DNA from: Podarcis vaucheri
Taxonomy: Eukaryota
Direction: 5' to 3' (one strand)
DNA length: 64,000 nt
Assembly (NCBI GenBank): GCA_965113315.1
Contig: OZ220364.1
Shown here: piece by piece, positions 38,893 through 52,656 of the stretch
How the letters are laid out: each line of letters opens with the position of its first letter
Numbering within the stretch: position 1 is the stretch's first letter
Translations under genes and position numbers: made by a program
The notes under the pieces: model-generated
The model's input: the letters and a program-made list of their open reading frames with translations, nothing else
Told to the model about the DNA's origin: nothing
Databases searched by the model: none

Positions 38893-39076
38893 AGGGCCAT
38901 AGCTCAGTGGCAGAGCATATACTTCTGTGTGCATTGAAGGTCCCAAATTCAATTGCTTGTACCGCTAGCAAGGTTGAAAAAGTGTCTCACCTGCCAGCCT
39001 GTGGAGTTGCTGGCAGTCAAGTGTTGCTAAGCAAGATGGGCCAGTGGGCTGATTTGGGCACAAGGCAGCTTCTACT
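38893..39076 (+). mobile_element. tRNA-derived SINE with CR1-like tail
   Basis: gggccatagctcagtggcagagca A box, decayed B box, and agatgggccagtgggctgattt...aaggcagcttc 3' end. Confidence 0.6.
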
Positions 39077-40508
39077 ACTTAGAAAAACATTTATTAGATG
39101 TGCGTTCCAGCACAGAAGCCATCCGCTGCACAGAGTTCAAATAATGGATTAAAGCAAATCTATCAAATAAGCCGCTAGACGAAATTTCATGAAATGATAG
39201 GGGTCATTAGTGTGGGAGATGAAGAAAATGTGGGTAGAGCTTGTTGGGTTAAAAATAGGGCTAGCTGAACATGCCCACGCTTGCCGTGTACTGTAGGGGA
39301 GTGCTCAGACTCCCAATAACTTTTTCTGTCTTAAAAAAAGAAATCTACAAAATGGTGTGAGCATTTCTTCAAAGGCACTCTTCAAGCTGGATGATTCAGA
39401 AGCACTGCAGAATGGCAGGTGAGCTTCAGAGTGAGCGAGCGCCTCGTGTTCCACATTGGGACACACAAACTCCTGCACAGACACTGATGGGATCTAAATG
39501 AGCTGTCACTACTGCCAGCGAGGGCTTGGGGTCATGGTAGAAAGTGCAGTGACGTCATCTCAGTGTGCTGGCGCAGTGGAGGAAAAGCAAATCTGATACT
39601 GGGAATTACTATGAAAAGGGACTGAAAATGAAATGGCAAGTACGCCAGGATGGGACTCTGGTATGGCTGTGCTTGGAATGCCAATGTAGTTCTAGTGGCC
39701 TGGTTTTGAAAAAGAGATCACAGAAGGGGAGGAAAGTAAAGAAATGGGTGGCTAAAGATATTCCCGTGGATGGGACTTCCTTCGAAGAGAAGTTTAGGCC
39801 GCACACTTATTTAGTTCACAAAATTAGGAATGGTGTGAAAGAAACCAAAACATTGGAGTTTGAAGTTCTCTAATACTTTGACAGCAAGTTCAGGACAAAT
39901 TAAAGCAAGCACTGTTTTCAACTTTATGGAATTCATCCCACAGTTTGGAAGGCCACTAACACTGTCATTATCACTGTCAACTGGAATAGGTTTAGCTCCC
40001 ATAGATGGGTCTATCAATGGCTGTAGGTCATGGTTTGCAGATGCACTATATCTTTCCTTAGCAGAGGCAGCGAACAGACAGAGGATGATTATTGAAATCA
40101 TGTCCTAGTTATCAATTTTCCAGGGGTATGTGGTTGGTCCTGGTTAGAGACCATATACTATACTTGATGAACCTAGAATTCTGATCCTGCAAGATTATTG
40201 TTGCCAACATCCAACAAGAGGAACAAACAATTACTTGCACTTTCACACTTGTATTACGTTTTTCCAAGGAACTCAAGGTAACGTATGTGGGATTGTCAGT
40301 TTTTTCCTCCCAGCAGCCTTGTGAATTAAGTTATGTTGCTTGTGTGATTTTCCCCCGCCCCGCCCCACCCCGCAAAAAGACCCCTTCAAAACCATTGAGC
40401 TTCATGGTTCAAATTCAGTTATCTAGCCACTACACCACAATGACTCTTACAGTGCCATTTGAAAGCTGGGAGAACAGGAGATTAGCACATCACAATTATA
40501 GCCTTGAG

Positions 40509-40746
40509 CAGGGTCAGCAGAGGGCTGGTCCACTGTCCCTCAGACCTTGTGGGGGGCTGGACTATATTTTGGGGGGGGAGAAATGAATGAATTCCTATGC
40601 CCCACAAATAACCCAAAGATGCATTTTAAATGAAAGCACACATTGTACTCATGTAAAAACACGCTGATTCCTGGACCGTCCGTGGGCCGGATTTATAAGG
40701 CGATTGGGCCGGATCTGGCCCCCGGGCCTTAGTTTGCCTACGCATG
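40509..40746. mobile_element. hAT-type non-autonomous DNA transposon
   Basis: cagggtcagc... start and ggccggatctggcccccgggccttagtttgcctacgcatg end. Near-8-bp flanking duplication (gccttgag / cccttgag). Confidence 0.65.
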
Positions 40747-41099
40747 GCCCTTGAGGCCCTTGAGGAATGATGCAAGTTCACTGGGCAAGAAATTGTACAG
40801 CAGTCAGTAATGATGAGACATGTGGTCCAACACCATCTGGTAACCCAAGAATGAGAGAGGTTGTCTTAAGGAATTTTTTTCCTGTTCCTGGTGGCCTATC
40901 TAAATTTTAGCCAAAGTGGTTTTTTAAACCACAGTTTCTCTTATTTGAAATATACATATTGATGAGGCAGTATTGCATCTTTCTCTGATTTGGCATGTAA
41001 ATGCACATGTTTGAATTGCAATGCAATGTCTTGAGTTTTGTGTGCCATAACTTGGAAGCCCAGATTGCTAGGGGATATCAGCTTCATTATGGAGTCAGG

Positions 41100-41545
41100 C
41101 GAATGTTCAGGGCTCACTTTCAGGCAAAATAAACTCCCAGCCCCTAAACCACACTCTGAACCTAACACTAAACCAAGGTTTATTAAACTATGGTTTATGA
41201 AACCACGGCTTAGTATTTTGTGCAAAGCCTGCCTAGTGGCTTGACTATGGTTTGTTTACTGCTAACAAACCATGATCTGAAGCTGTGGTTCGTTGCTGGT
41301 TTATGACCCTTAGTTTGTTGTAATTAAGTTTTGCAACTCTCACCAAGCCAAACACCCTTCCTTAACCATGGTTTGTTTGGCCTCCCCACCCCAGATGCTC
41401 ACTGAACTACAAAGGCATGAGTTGAGAGCAGCTGAAAATTGAACCAAACTTTGGAGAAAAACAAGCCATGGTTTGCTTGCTCATCTGTGAGACAACTCAT
41501 GGCTTGTTTTAACAAACCGTGGTTTAGTGTTCTGTGTGAACCAGG
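41100..41545. repeat. Degenerate palindromic repeat built from aaaccatggttt-like units
   Basis: Repeated aaaccaaggttt, aaactatggttt, aaccatggttt and aaaccgtggttt motifs. Confidence 0.45.
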
Positions 41546-42494
41546 CCTCTGTCTGGAGAACAGAGCAGCCATCAAGAATGCAGAATTGTTCCCTCCCTTT
41601 GCCTAGACCTCAAGACAGGGTTGATGGTTTAGAGTGCAGTTGGAGGCTCTTGGGCATGACGCAGGAGCGACTGATGGCCTGAGGTTAGATGAGATCATAG
41701 TGCTCAGCCTGGCCTTAAGGCCTGTGGTGCTCTGTCGCTGTCGGGGGTCCCTCATGGCTTATGGAAGAGGTCAGTGTTCTGGAGATGGGGAGGGGTGATT
41801 GCTGCCCCTTTTTGGAGGGGGGCCCATGGAGCTAAAATATAATGCTGAGATGGCCCTAGGAAGGGGGGAAGAGCTGCCAGAATTTTCTTACGTGGCAAAA
41901 GAAATCTCCTTGAGGAGTGGGGAGGGGGCTGGGATCTGTGCAGGAAGGTGTAAGCTGGTGGCGCTCTGTAAGTAATGTGGATAAAGCAGGAGACAAAGGG
42001 AAAGTAGGTCAGACAGGCTGAGCTGGAGCTCCACGTCTGTTTGTGTGCGTGTCTCGGGGAAATCCAGCCGCTCTGTGCTGCAGCATGAAGGAATTGGGTG
42101 GGAGGATTGCTGGGAAGGTTTGGAGTGAGAGGATGCTATGAAAGCATCCCCAGACTGCGCCTGGCCATGTTCCCTTTGTGTCAGGTACCTCTCCTGTAGG
42201 AAATCAGAGGCTGGTGCAAAGCAACCTTATTTCAGGGGCTCCTCCATTTTACGGTCTTCTGATCTCATGCCAGGAGAAGCTGCATCTCCACGATGGGAGG
42301 GGGGAACTCAAAATGAGCTTTTTCTGGTGGATGCAGGGGCAGACTTAACTCCACATTCTCAACTGGGAGCCAGGATCCCTGGAATCTGTAGTCAGGCTCC
42401 ATTTCTGTAGATGGTAGTGAACCGTTCAGCAAATTTACCCTGGTTGAGGAGTGCTTGCTCGGCCTTTTCTGCTTCTCTTTGCTTTATGTAGATA

Positions 42495-42744
42495 CAGTCG
42501 TACCTTGGATCCCAAATGCCTTGCAACTCAAATGCTTTGGCTCCCGAACGCCGCAAACCCGGAAGTGAGTGTTCTGGTTTGCGAATGTTCTTTGGAAGCC
42601 AAACATCTGACGTGGGTTCCGCAGGTTCTGATTGCATGCCGGAAGCTCCTGCAGCCAATTGGAAGCCGCGCCTTGGTTGCTGAATGTTTTGGAAGTTGAA
42701 CGGACTTCTGGAACGGATTCCATTCGGCTTCCAAGGTACAACTG
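42495..42744. mobile_element. Tigger/pogo-like MITE
   Basis: TIRs cagtcgtaccttgg...ccaaggtacaactg with TA duplication on both sides. Confidence 0.88.
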
Positions 42745-42810
42745 TATATGCTGTGCTTGGCCCCAGTGGATGATGGGATCTTGAGGGCTTAGTTTGTAAG
42801 GTTGTTGTTT

Positions 42811-43460
42811 CATAGAATCATAGAGGTGGCAACTGCCAACTGCAGTATTGTTGATAGGTGGCCATCCAGCCTGCTGTTCTTGATGCTGATATGTAGTTGT
42901 TTTTCTCACAGAGTGACCCGAAGAAACTTCCATTGAAAACAATAGCAAAAAACACAGCAATACAATTAAAAGGCAGGTCTGATAGATTCCTAGCCAACAC
43001 GAAAAGAGGCCACAATCCCCCCCCCCCAAATTTAAGGACCCAAAACCTGGGTGAAGAGAAAAGTCTAAATATAGATAAAGATGGCACCAGGTATACCTCC
43101 CTGGGGAGAGCATTTCACAACAGGGAGCCACGACTGAAAAGGCCTTCATGAAAGAGAGTCATCTGCCCCTTCCAAAGCAGTCTGGTTTACTGTTGAACAT
43201 GTCATGCCATCAGGAAGTTCTTCCTGATGTTTGGTCTAAATCCAGTCCTTTTTCTTGTAGTCTAAACCCATTAATTCAGGTGCTATCTTTTGGAACAACA
43301 GAAAACAAAGTTGCTCCATCTATGTAACAGGGGGTCTATTGCATTGCCTCTTGATAGTCTGTTCTCCAGGGTGTAAAATTCACTGACTCCTTCAACCTTC
43401 CCCCAAAGGGCTTGGTTTCCAGGCTCTTCATCATCATGGTTGCCCTCCTTAGAAAACATT
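42811..43460 (-). mobile_element. Old CR1 3' end interrupted by an L2 fragment (~42890-43150)
   Basis: catagaatcataga reversed tail. caggaagttcttcctgatgttt resumes after ~43150. The internal piece reads KAFSVVAP on the minus strand. Confidence 0.6.
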
Positions 43461-45937
43461 CCAGGAGTGAGGCAACCTTTTAGAAAGTGGGGGTGTGAAA
43501 ATTGTTTGGGGTTCCTTCCCAGCTCAGCAAGGGGTACCAGTCTAAGAATGCACCCAGCCCCTTCCTAGTTAATCAAGCGGTACTGCTTTGCCAGTGAACA
43601 CAACCTTTTGGTGTTGGCAGAACGCTGTTTTACATAGATGGAGATGCTGGAAGAGGGAGTTTAGTATGCCAATTCTGCTTTCTAAAGCCCAGCCCTGAGC
43701 TACTTCTGGAAATATCCTCTGCCAGAGTCCCCAAAACTCTGGTTTATATCATGACAAAAAACTAAACTAAACTTGGACGATGTTCAGCTTGCATAATACA
43801 CAGAATTAGCATATAATTATTTGATCACTTTTAATCAGCCAAATTTATTTAATTAACTGATTAGATTATGACTCCAATTGTCTTCAGAACCCGCACAAGT
43901 GGTAACAGCATGGGATATTATTTCTCTTGTGCAGCTGGAGTAGAGAGAAAAGGATGGGGTTCATGGGATACAGGTGAATGATTAGGATGTGTTAAGGGTA
44001 ATTTTCTCTCTCATTTACCTGTTTACCTCTAGATCCTTTAGAAGACACTGAATCCACCTTCCTAAGCTTTATCTTTCTTTTGTGGCCATGACTGCTAGAA
44101 ACTGTCCAATTTGAGGCAGTCACACCCAGTTGGGTGTTCTCATCTGCAGCTATATTTGACATGTTTCTGTCGGCAGTAGATGGGTTTTAAAGCCCAAAAC
44201 CTGTTTGGACATGGAGCATTTCCTTGGTTCTGTGAATTTTCTGCTCTCAAGAACCCACTTTGTTGTCGTGCTTGGTGCCATTATATACCTGTAGCTTAAA
44301 AAACCCTGATTATGCAATTTAGAGAGTGTACAACGATCTACGTGGTAGCCTTCCTGCTTTGGATATATGGAGTGTGTTGGAGCACCAGGTAGTTTCTCTT
44401 AGACACAAGACTACCTTCCAGGTTGGATCTGATCTTTTGTACATTATAGAACACAAGGTATGCAGTGGCCATGCCATGGCTGCTGGTGTCTGCATACAGG
44501 TCATCAGTTGGTTTGCAGTCAGGATGATATTGGGAGCCCTTAGTTCAGTGCTGGTGGATGTGTGGCTCTCTAAATGTGTATTCCAGCTTCAGCTAGTGGT
44601 CGGGGAAGGTGGGAATTGCAGTCCAGCAGCATCTGGAGGGCCACAGGTCCCCTCTTTTCCATGTTTCAGTCACTGTCTCAGCACATGGCAGGTGCTTTTA
44701 CCATGAGTAGCTCACCTGTGACTGGGAAACCAGAGTCTCTGAGTCTTGAATGATTCCACTTTACCTCTCATGATTGATGTTATTGGCTGAAGGGCCCGTG
44801 CTTCCCCAGATTCTTCTCAGAATTTCATTCCACAGCTCCTAAATTGCTCTTTTAAACTCCTGAAAATAAGTCTGGGGGTTGTGGCATGAGACCCTTTTTG
44901 AAGGGGAGAAGCTGCCAGTACATGGAACTGCCAGTCTTGAAAGTCTCTAGTTGTGTGTGTGTATTTTTGAAACTTGCAGAGCACCTTCTGAGTTGGAAAC
45001 TGAGGAGAAAATGTGTGCATGCAAACAGATGGCCCTATGGTATTTTAGATGCTTACCGTCAGGGCAGGATTCACCTAATGAACCCCATCAGTAGAAGCTC
45101 TGCACAAGGGCTTCTGCATGTGCAACAGGGCTTCCCCCTCTCCCACGTGCACCCTGAAATTGTCTCGAAAGGGTTGGGGAACCCCCAGAACCGCATAGAG
45201 GGAGGGAGATGGTTCCATCTGGCAAGTGGAAACCCTTACATAGGCAGAGCGTCATGGTGCGGCATTGAATTTCACATCTGTATGACTCCTCAAAAGCCTT
45301 GCAAATGAGTGGCATGGATGTGGAGAGAGTGGGGCCTGCCTTCCTTTTTCATGGGTTTACTTATTCCTTGCTCTTGCTTTAAAAGGCTGGAGGTCCCAAT
45401 GTGGCCCAAAGTTGTCTGTGACTTGCAAGGATTGGGCACAGGTTGGCCCCCAAAAGAAGCAACATGGTGACAGACCTAAAGCTGAGCAGCCATGATCTTT
45501 AGCAGAGGTGACCGGTTGCTACTGTATTCTCCAGGCTGGATTTAGGGCTCCAGTGGTAACACAGATTTCTCAGATATTGATTGGGCATATTTCCACAGGC
45601 CAGCAGTTGGCCATTTCTCATCTAGAGTCTCATGGCTGAGCCTAAAAGAGGGGGCTGTGTGTCTGCTCTCTGCCCTCCAGGGAATGTTTGCTCCTTGGGA
45701 ATCCGACTTGTTGAAAGGTGTTGTCTTCCCCTTTCTGGCCTTCCTGCTGGGACTGCATCCTCCGTTCCTGGTGATTCAGCAAATAGGCCCGTCAAAGAAA
45801 TGAGAGCTGGCAGACTTGAAGGGGACTCCTGTTTCCCAACATAGCCTCTTTGACTCCTAAGGAGTGTTCAGTGGCTCAGGCCTTCAGGCAACATGCTCTC
45901 TTGTCAATGCTCTTTCTCTGCTTCTGCTTACTTACAG

Positions 45938-45999
45938 TGAAGGAGTTTCTTGCCAAAGCCAAAGAAGAGTTCCTCAAGAAATGGGAGAACCCGTTGCAG
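45938..45999 (+). CDS. PRKACA: PRKACA exon 2
   Basis: ttacag|TG AAG GAG...: (V/M)KEFLAKAKEEFLKKWENPLQ|gtagga, 62 nt. Confidence 0.97.
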
Positions 46000-47857
46000 G
46001 TAGGACACCTCTCTTCTCGTCTTGATATTTTGCCTTCCTTTCTTTATCTAGCCATAGCAGCCTGCGTCTTGTTGCTTCTAAGCTCTTAGGCCTGATTTGA
46101 AAGTGACACTGACCTGGTTTGCATGCAACCATCAGCCAGAGTTAGACAACTTATGGCTTCGCAGGAATGTGCATGTGTATTGGTGCACGCGGCTTAAATT
46201 GCTCCCATGTACCCTGCCTCCTTTTGATGTGCTGGAAAGAAAACAGACCAGGGTGCCAAGAATACATGTGTAAAGTTTCACATAATACAGGTGTACAGTT
46301 TAAGCTCAGAATATGTGTGTACAGTTTCACACAACTGGTGTTGCATTTAAGTAAGGGATGCACTGCCTAACTTGAATGCTATAGTGTGCCGCATGCATTG
46401 AAACAACTGCCTTGATATTAAATTCATTACATCTATATCCCACCTTTCCTCAAGCTGGTTTACATAGTTCTCCCCATTTTATCCTCACAGCAGTCCTGTG
46501 AGGTAGGTTAGGCTGAGAAACTGCAACTGGCCCATTGAGCTTCCTGGCTGAGTGGGGATATGAACCCTGGTGTCCTGGGTCCAGGTCTGACACTCTGATC
46601 ACTCTGGCTCTCCTGTACTGGCTGTGGGGAAGCCCATTTGGGTCTGCATTCGCTTGTTTTGTGTGTGTATAAAATGTGGCCAGTGTAACTTTTTAAAACG
46701 AGGCTTTGGAAGGATCTTGCCAAACCTTTGTTATTGCTGGTTACACCAAAGGCAAAAGTCTTGATGCTGGTGGACATCCTAAATTATCCTGCTGAAGAAA
46801 TAGGCGCTGAGATAGGTGTTTCAGTCCCCAGGTTATTCTGGAACTGCCCCTTTTCTAGGAATAATTTTGCAAGGAGGAGAGTGAGGTGTCCAAGATGGAA
46901 ACACAGGAAGAGAGTCAGCTTTGGATTAGTTTACCTTTTGCAGTTCTAAGACACTTTGGAAGATGTGTCTGACAATAAGGTTTGCCAGTGCCCGGGTTGC
47001 TTGCATGACAAGGAACAAATAGTCAAGATCTTTCCAAATTACTAAGCAAGGGTCAGAAGCCCTTCACCTATCACATATACTCTTTGGTGTTAGCAGACCA
47101 TATTACAGAAAGGGGAATGCAATCTCCCTCTAGCTGAATAAGGTATTTTCTTCCCTGCAATATCTGATGAATACCTCACTGCTCAACTAACAGGTCCGAT
47201 GCTTTAGCTTTTCAGCAAATAACTCCCAGAAGGTGACTGCCAAAATAACTGCTTCATGGCAATAAAATGACTGTGTAAATTGGCCCGGAAATTTGGATGC
47301 TCTCGCTGTTTTGGCTTGTTCCATTTGCTGCCCCCTACGTAAAGGTGTCATTACATCTGGTTGTATTTTGCAATAAGTGTGATATTTGGGGATATTAGTG
47401 TTTTTTTGTCAGGCTCTAAGGCTTAACCTGTTGCTGCTAGTTTCTAGGTTATTACAGATAGTGTAGTGAGTGTTGGGTGTATGTACAGTCCTTTTTGTGG
47501 ACTGAGTTGGATTTTCTTGCTGTTCAGTATGCAGGAGGATTGTATGTCTTTCTCTCTAAAAACTCTTGCCTTTTGCGCCCCCTCGTGGTAAAAAACCCCA
47601 AGAACACTGCAAGTTTCAGGAAGAAGAGTTAGCACGCCACAGGGATGACCCTCTTCAATAACAGTTGCTGCTTTAATATGGCAAGGGAAGACATGGTACT
47701 GCCTGAAGGGTTATCTTTAAAATGAAACTAGTAAGCCGGCATTTTGAACCCTCACGGCCATTTAAGGGCCCCCAAAATCTGATAACTAGAGCCTGGTGTC
47801 CTTGCCAGATTGTCTTCCTCTGCTTTTTATATTATTATTTTCCAAATCCTTTTTCAG

Positions 47858-47986
47858 AATACGTCCAGCCTGGATCACTTCGAACGGCTCAAGACCCTGG
47901 GTACAGGCTCTTTTGGGCGGGTGATGCTCGTGAAGCACAAGGAGACCGGGAATTACTTTGCCATGAAGATCCTTGACAAGCAGAAA
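47858..47986 (+). CDS. PRKACA: PRKACA exon 3 (Gly-rich loop, catalytic Lys72)
   Basis: [43 protein letters not shown], 129 nt, AG/GT. KETGN is alpha-type (beta has KATEQ). Confidence 0.98.
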
Positions 47987-48084
47987 GTGAGTTTGAGCCT
48001 GTCGTGGAGTTCTGGGAGTTTGTGCCTGAGGTTGGCAAGAGGGAGGCCCAACTGTCTCTGGCTGATTTCCTTTCTGTCTTGCAG

Positions 48085-48183
48085 GTTGTGAAGCTGAAGC
48101 AGATCGAGCACACCCTCAATGAAAAACGCATTCTCCAGGCTGTGAACTTCCCATTCCTTGTCAGGCTAGAGTATTCTTTTAAG
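48085..48183 (+). CDS. PRKACA: PRKACA exon 4
   Basis: [33 protein letters not shown], 99 nt, AG/GT. Confidence 0.98.
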
Positions 48184-50278
48184 GTAAAGGGTGTCTTTGC
48201 ACTCTCTCTCCCCACCCCTGCCTAAATATTCATTCTCTGGCTTTCTGGTCCTCTGGACACCTGCTCTGCTGCATCAGATCAAAGGCACACAGGGGCCAAC
48301 CAGATACTTAAGGGAAGCTAATCACTTTACCATAGCACCCAGGTAATCTTTTTGCCTCTGTCTGGGCTTGTGGCTAGCTGAGCATCCACCACTGCAGGCA
48401 AGCCCAGTTGGCTGGATACTTTCTGTGCCGGTACAATAGGTGCAGTGTGCTTCCCCTTTGGGAGCAGCCTGGGTGGATGGATCTCCTGGGCTAGAGCACA
48501 CATTGTCATGATAGGCCCTCAAAACTCTTCCTTATGATAGGCCTTCAATATTTTGTTTTGTCCTACCTCTTTCTGGCGTTTGTGCAGCTTTGGGCAAGTA
48601 AACAAGTGGGCTCTATAAGCATACAGAATGTTAAATAAAGCCAACAGTATTTTATCATTTTGTGTTTGAGTTACCCAGAGAACAATCTTACTGGGTTGCC
48701 TTATATCAATACAGTAAGTAAGGCTGCAATCCTAACACCTCTTATCTAGGAGTAAGCCCCATTGAATTCAGTAGGATTTACTTTTAAGTCAATGTGAAAG
48801 TGCTATAGGGAGCATGCAAGTCTGGACTATGTGACAAGGCAGCCTTGTCTATTAATGCAGCTCTAAATCGAGGTTTTGCAGGCTTCCGTTCATCTCAGCT
48901 ACATGGAAAGGATATAAAAAGCCATTGAGTCGTACCTATTGCCACAAAGGGCAGAACCATTTTTTAAAAATCTGCTTTGAAGGAAATATGCATGTTTATA
49001 TACCCTTTGTGGCTGTAACCTAAAACCATGGATACAGTGTCTGTTTGAAAGCACAACCAGAAGAGGAGGCCTCTACTGCTGTCTTATAGGCTCCTTCCCA
49101 TTTTCCCTCTGCTATAGCAGTCCTTGACAATGCCGTGTCAGAAGCTTACCTCTCAATCAGAATAAAGCCTGAACAAATACATTCATGCTACCTTGCAGAG
49201 ATTGTTTCAGTTGTAGACTTCGGGGGTTAAAAAAAAAAGTATCTTAATTCTAAATACTATTTCCTTGGCAGTAAGTCCCATTGATGTTAGTGGGACTTGC
49301 TTCCAAGTTGGTTGGTGTTAGACTGTGTGTCTAATTCATTCCCTTGGTAGTGAGAGTAATTCTGTAAATCTACAAGAAGATCCTTGCTGGATCAGCCCAA
49401 AAGCCCATCTAGTCCAGCATTCTGCCCAACAGTCCATACTAGCCAACCAGGTGCTTATGGGGAGCCACAAACAGGATCTGAGCACAACACTCTTTTGTTT
49501 ATGAACTGGTATAGAGAGGCCTGCTACCCCATAGTGGAGTGACTATAGTTATCATGACTAGAGGTCATTATTAGTCTTATCCTACATGACCAGGTACTAA
49601 GAGGTTTGAGTTCACCTTAGTAACTGCTACTTTTGAAGTTGTTGCCTTTTTTTTAAGGTCATGGCAGGAAGAGACTCTGAGCAGAACATAGCGCTAAAAC
49701 CAAAACACTCTGCTATAGAAACAGTTTTGCACCAAGCAAAACTATATGATCGTTGTGCAAATAAGTTGTGCAAATAAAAGGGGACTAGAGGACAAGGAAC
49801 TTGTATACATTCAGATTTTAAAGAACTTGCATTTATTGAGCAGAAAGCAAGGCAATAGTGGTAGAGAGCGATGGACTAGGGAACAAACGTGAAGATTGGA
49901 ATGGGGGCAGTTAGGAAAGTGTAGCCATGTGAAAGGAACGAAGTACTGATCTGAAATGCTGGGACCTGTTCCTTCACCACCACCTAGTCTATAGGCATTG
50001 TATCAACATTTTGGTTTTTTATCTGCAACTGCAAGGGCAAGATACTTCATTTTTTTAAAGGAAATTGGCAGGAACCTGAATTCTTTCTCCCAGCCCAACA
50101 GCAAACCCAGTTTCTGTTCTAGAGTGCTCCTATAGATGTGTGAGTACACTGGTGCAAGCATCACTGCAGAAAGGCAATATAGAAGTAAATAAATTGGGGA
50201 GCTGTGGCCCTGAACATACAAGGTTGGGGTGGGTGCAAAGCAGTGCTGGCCAGGACCCTGAGTTGTTTCTGCCCTTGA

Positions 50279-50368
<90 letters not shown>

Positions 50369-51476
50369 TGAGTGTGCTCCCCTGTCATTGCAAGGTTGGG
50401 ATGATGCTCTCAGTTGTGGGAACAGAACAGCTGAGAGTTGGGCTTCCTGGGTTAGAACAGTGGAGAGGAACCAGGAAAGAACTAGGTTTCTCTTGTTCTG
50501 CACTTTAAAGTTGAGTGGAGGATATCTTCCCCTTCCAGCAAGCCCTAACTTCTGGGGTAAAGAATATGCAGTTTAGAAAAAAGTCTAATGATAGGACAGA
50601 AGCTGCATTTGCTTTGACATTAATTCCCATCCTCCTGGATGTGAAGCTGGTGACTTGCAAGAAGCAGATCATTCCTATCAGAGTGTGGTGACAACAACAC
50701 TGAGTTCCTGATTATTCTCGTTAACACTAAGGGGCAAGGGGTGACCTGGCTTGACAGGCCCATATGAGCGGAGTGCTTTTCATCAGAGGATTGTTAGCGG
50801 AGACTTCAGTATAGAAGCTACCACTACAGAACATGCTTCTATCTTGCTTTGTATCCATTTACTGTATGGAAAGCGGGATGCTTGTTAACATGCTCTCATT
50901 TAACTGTGTAGTTATGTGTGCTTCAGATAAATTGCCATCTTGTAGAACATTATAGAACTGGCATAGCACTGAGACTGAGCAACGGACTAGGAAGCCCCCA
51001 GTTCGAATGGTGCCTCTGCCATGAACTCAGCTACATGACATTACGCAAAGTTCTGTCTCACAGCCTCAGCCCCACCATCTGCGGCACGGAGAGTAAATAG
51101 TAATGACTTACCTTACAGGATTGTTGCAATGATTACACCTACATAAGAACATGGTCAGAATAAGGGAAGAGATTCTGCATGCGCTCAGCCAGAGGTGGGG
51201 CAGGGAGAGCATGAGTGAAATGTGTGAGATAAGACTCAAGGTCCTGTTGAATGGGGAACAGGGGAGAGAGCTGGTCTTGGTTTGTGGCAGGGGTGGAAAC
51301 CTGAGCCCTTTTGCTGAGAGTACAGCTCCCATCATCCCTGACTGAGCTGGTTGGGGCTGATGGGAGTTGGAGCCCAACCCAACAGTGCTCTGGTGGGCCA
51401 CAGGTTCTCCATCCCTGGTTTATGGGGATCAGTGAAGGTGAAGACTCAGCTGGCATACATTAGAGATGGCTTGTGA

Positions 51477-51653
<177 letters not shown>

Positions 51654-52162
51654 TGAGATTCTGCTGCACAGCATTTTGAGAATTCCTCTCCTTGTCAGTA
51701 TGTCTAGGAATACTGTTTCTTTCCCCAAATATCTGTAACAATTAGTTTTTTAAGAAAGGACTAAATTTTGACAAGCTTAAGTAACTTCTTAGGAAATTTT
51801 TGAGTTGACATAAAATCTAAAGGCGTACCTCTTTTTATCATTTGTGCTTTGAATATCAGGAAGTTCCTTCCCCTCCTCGCCAAAGTGGTGCCTGCTTAAC
51901 CAAATATGCTCCAAACCACCAGATGCACTTTTCCTATTTTGGTGGCAAGTAGGGAGCATGGTAGAAAACATTCATTATGAGCAGTTGCTGTTTAGAAAGC
52001 AATACTTACCTTTGGAAACAAAATCTTCTCTCTTATAGATATTCCACCCGAAACATCACCTCTCCATGTACTGGGGTTTGTGCAAGCCTCTATCACTTCC
52101 TTTGTGCTGCTGACCCTATTGGTGTGGAGAACTCAGCTTTGTTAATTTTCTCTTACCTCCAG

Positions 52163-52258
52163 GTGACAGATTTTGGCTTTGCCAAACGAGTGAAAGGCCG
52201 AACATGGACCCTTTGTGGGACTCCAGAGTACCTGGCTCCTGAAATCATTCTGAGCAAG
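52163..52258 (+). CDS. PRKACA: PRKACA exon 7 (DFG, activation loop Thr197, APE)
   Basis: [32 protein letters not shown], 96 nt. Confidence 0.98.
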
Positions 52259-52380
52259 GTGAGACACCTGTACTCAGGAACAGTTTTTTGGGCCTTGTTC
52301 AGCCCAGAAAGAAGACTGTGTTCATCTCAATATCTTGCAGTACACTGCAATTAAGTGCCGATCATCCTTGGTGTTTGTGA

Positions 52381-52656
<276 letters not shown>

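Noticed and set aside
38631-39152. 173-aa ORF
   Set aside because: Runs through a SINE and has no protein-like features.
42484-43149. 221-aa minus-strand ORF
   Set aside because: Chance read-through across L2, CR1 and MITE fragments.
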